Source: a virus (lineage: Duplodnaviria; Heunggongvirae; Uroviricota; Caudoviricetes). Taken from it: a stretch of 5,202 nucleotides of DNA. The stretch lies in the IMG/VR virus record IMGVR_UViG_2671180275_000007; one strand, given 5' to 3'. How positions within the stretch are numbered: the stretch's first letter is position 1; the number at the start of each line of letters is the position of its first letter. The notes beneath the pieces are model-generated. The model was given only the letters and a program-made list of their open reading frames with translations, made no database searches and was not told where the DNA came from. The position numbers were made by a program, and so were the translations under genes. Positions 4,752 to 5,202 of the stretch are shown here, one piece after another.

Positions 4752-4966
4752 TCCAGGAATCAACCGTTATCCGGTTCACAGCCAACGGCCGTCAGTACGA
4801 AGTCGACGAAAGCCTGATTGACCCGGGCATGACACGCCAGGACTCACGCAATCCTGAGATGCATCACATCCGCCTTATCAACGGCTCGCACTTCTGCGCC
4901 ACGAACATGGAAGAAGTACGCGTGCTGACAGCAACACGCAACACGGGAGGTACAGCATGGCAGTGA
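4748..4966 (+). CDS. Hypothetical protein (72 aa)
   Basis: ATG 4748 overlaps the upstream stop (ATGA, 4748-4751); GGAGAGGAAGGGG purine-rich RBS upstream. No motif recognised. Confidence 0.55.
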   Translation: MIQESTVIRFTANGRQYEVDESLIDPGMTRQDSRNPEMHHIRLINGSHFCATNMEEVRVLTATRNTGGTAWQ

Positions 4967-5202
4967 TTTATATCGCCGGTCCCATGACCGGATACAAAGA
5001 CCACAACAGAACGGCGTTTTCCATGGCGGCGATGAAGCTTAAGTCAGCCGGATACACCGCACTCAACCCTGCCATACTGCCGGACGGACTAAGCCAGCAG
5101 CAGTACATGAGCATTTGTATTTCGATGCTCATGTGTGCCGATGCCATTTACTTACTGGAAGGCTGGACGGAGTCAGCTGGCGCACGGGCTGAGTACGCAA
5201 TG
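4957..5202 (+). CDS. DUF4406-like protein (nucleoside 2-deoxyribosyltransferase-like fold), N-terminal 82 codons; continues past window end
   Basis: Not in the ORF track because it runs off the window. ATG 4957 with GGGAGG 6 nt upstream, overlapping the upstream ORF by 10 nt. Own translation MAVIYIAGPMTGYKDHNRTAFSMAAMKLKSAGYTALNPAILPDG...CADAIYLLEGWTESAGARAEYAM shows the IY(I/L)(A/S)GPMTG...N...F......L...G....NP...L......C(D/A)A...L.GW..S.GA..E pattern I associate with DUF4406. No stop to 5202. Confidence 0.75.
   Translation, partial: MAVIYIAGPMTGYKDHNRTAFSMAAMKLKSAGYTALNPAILPDGLSQQQYMSICISMLMCADAIYLLEGWTESAGARAEYAM

Noticed and set aside
1-5202. CRISPR array, tRNA/rRNA genes, insertion sequence/transposase, attachment site
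   Set aside because: No regularly spaced repeats, no tRNA-like cloverleaf candidates and no transposase-like ORF noticed; the attachment site would lie beyond the integrase, outside the window. GGATCC sites (10-15, 1257-1262) and the (GA)4 run at 241-249 are trivial.

Overview
The window reads as the immunity/early region of a P2-like temperate phage or prophage (host assignment is inference; no database search was possible). Left to right: the N-terminal end of a P2-family integrase (minus strand, runs off the window start), a P2 C-like XRE-family repressor (minus strand), a switch region with a candidate sigma70-type early promoter and short direct repeats, then a long plus-strand early operon. 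That operon opens with a Cox-like winged-HTH regulator carrying unusual N- and C-terminal extensions, followed by small ORFs of unknown function, one of them in a sharply AT-rich segment. It continues with an unannotated 34-aa hydrophobic peptide, a small DEDDh (Rv2179c-like) 3'-5' exonuclease, a basic 75-aa ORF containing a C8 homopolymer tract, a Dam-family GATC methyltransferase with a Cys4 tail, two more small ORFs and the start of a DUF4406-like protein. Most junctions in the operon are overlapping ATGA start/stop pairs. No rRNA, tRNA, CRISPR array or transposase was found. The most interesting candidates are the hydrophobic micro-ORF, the poly-C tract upstream of dam, the GATC cluster in the immunity region, and the exonuclease-Dam-DUF4406 cluster. 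All family assignments rest on motifs I recognise by eye and are not search results.
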